Below, piece after piece: positions 63,319 to 64,000 of a stretch of DNA of 64,000 nt. How positions within the stretch are numbered: the stretch's first letter is position 1; the number at the start of each line of letters is the position of its first letter. The notes under the pieces were generated by a model. That model searched no databases. It saw nothing but the letters and a program-made list of their open reading frames with translations, and was not told the DNA's origin. The position numbers were made by a program, and so were the translations under genes. This stretch comes from Octopus sinensis (Eukaryota): assembly GCF_006345805.1 (NCBI RefSeq), contig NC_043000.1, forward strand, positions 117,676,001-117,740,000, read 5' to 3'.

Positions 63319-63840
63319 CACGCACACACGCACCGACACACACACATATATGTATGTATGTATGTATGAATGTCATTGTTCAGTTGTATTCGTAAGGTAT
63401 TTTTCGATGTTGTTGTTGTTGTTGTTGTTATTATTATTATTATTATTATATATATATATAAATATATATATCACTCTTTTTTGCTCCTGGGCTCCAGCCT
63501 ACCATGGTTTTTATGACATGCACTTTTTGACATACTTTTTTGTTTGAGGGGAGTAAGAAAAAATTCTTTTAGTTAATTGATATTATATTTTATTTAGATT
63601 TTTAGTTGCATGACACACTTTAGAGCTTTTAGTCGATTGTATATACATACCTTCTTGAAACGCGGTTCTATATATCTGTATTTTTATTTGCATATATATT
63701 TTTTTAACCTTGTGTTTTTTATATATGTATACTTTATATCTTTAAGGACCATGGTAATATTTATATATGATCAAATGTTGAATGCGTGGTGTTATATATT
63801 AAGTCGTTGACTCGAATTTGATGTTTGCTCTCTGATCAAC

Positions 63841-63918
<78 letters not shown>

Positions 63919-63931
63919 ATGTTATATATAT

Positions 63932-63972
<41 letters not shown>

Positions 63973-64000
63973 TATATACTATATATATAATATATATATA

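Overview
Repeat-dense animal genomic DNA, most likely a cephalopod (octopus). That assignment is inferred from the SINE/LINE families and the very high microsatellite load and is not verified. One host gene can be built by hand: a 5-exon, 471-aa GEX1/Kar5/Brambleberry-like membrane protein (39321-55652, +). The most intact mobile element is a 3.9-kb Penelope-like retroelement (5289-9196, -) with 235-bp direct terminal repeats and a disrupted RT + GIY-YIG ORF. It carries an unusual Asn/Ser-rich linker and a hammerhead-like fold in each terminal repeat. At least four more hammerhead-like motifs lie elsewhere, and the one at 35788-35873 looks fully canonical. The rest is Tc1/mariner/rosa, piggyBac, MULE-type and pogo-like MITEs, Helitron ends, RTE and R4/Dong LINE 3' ends, three tRNA-derived SINE families, microsatellites and one 100-N gap. 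Repeats inside and just downstream of the gene show CpG decay that intergenic copies lack. Most ORFs in the supplied track are microsatellite artefacts.
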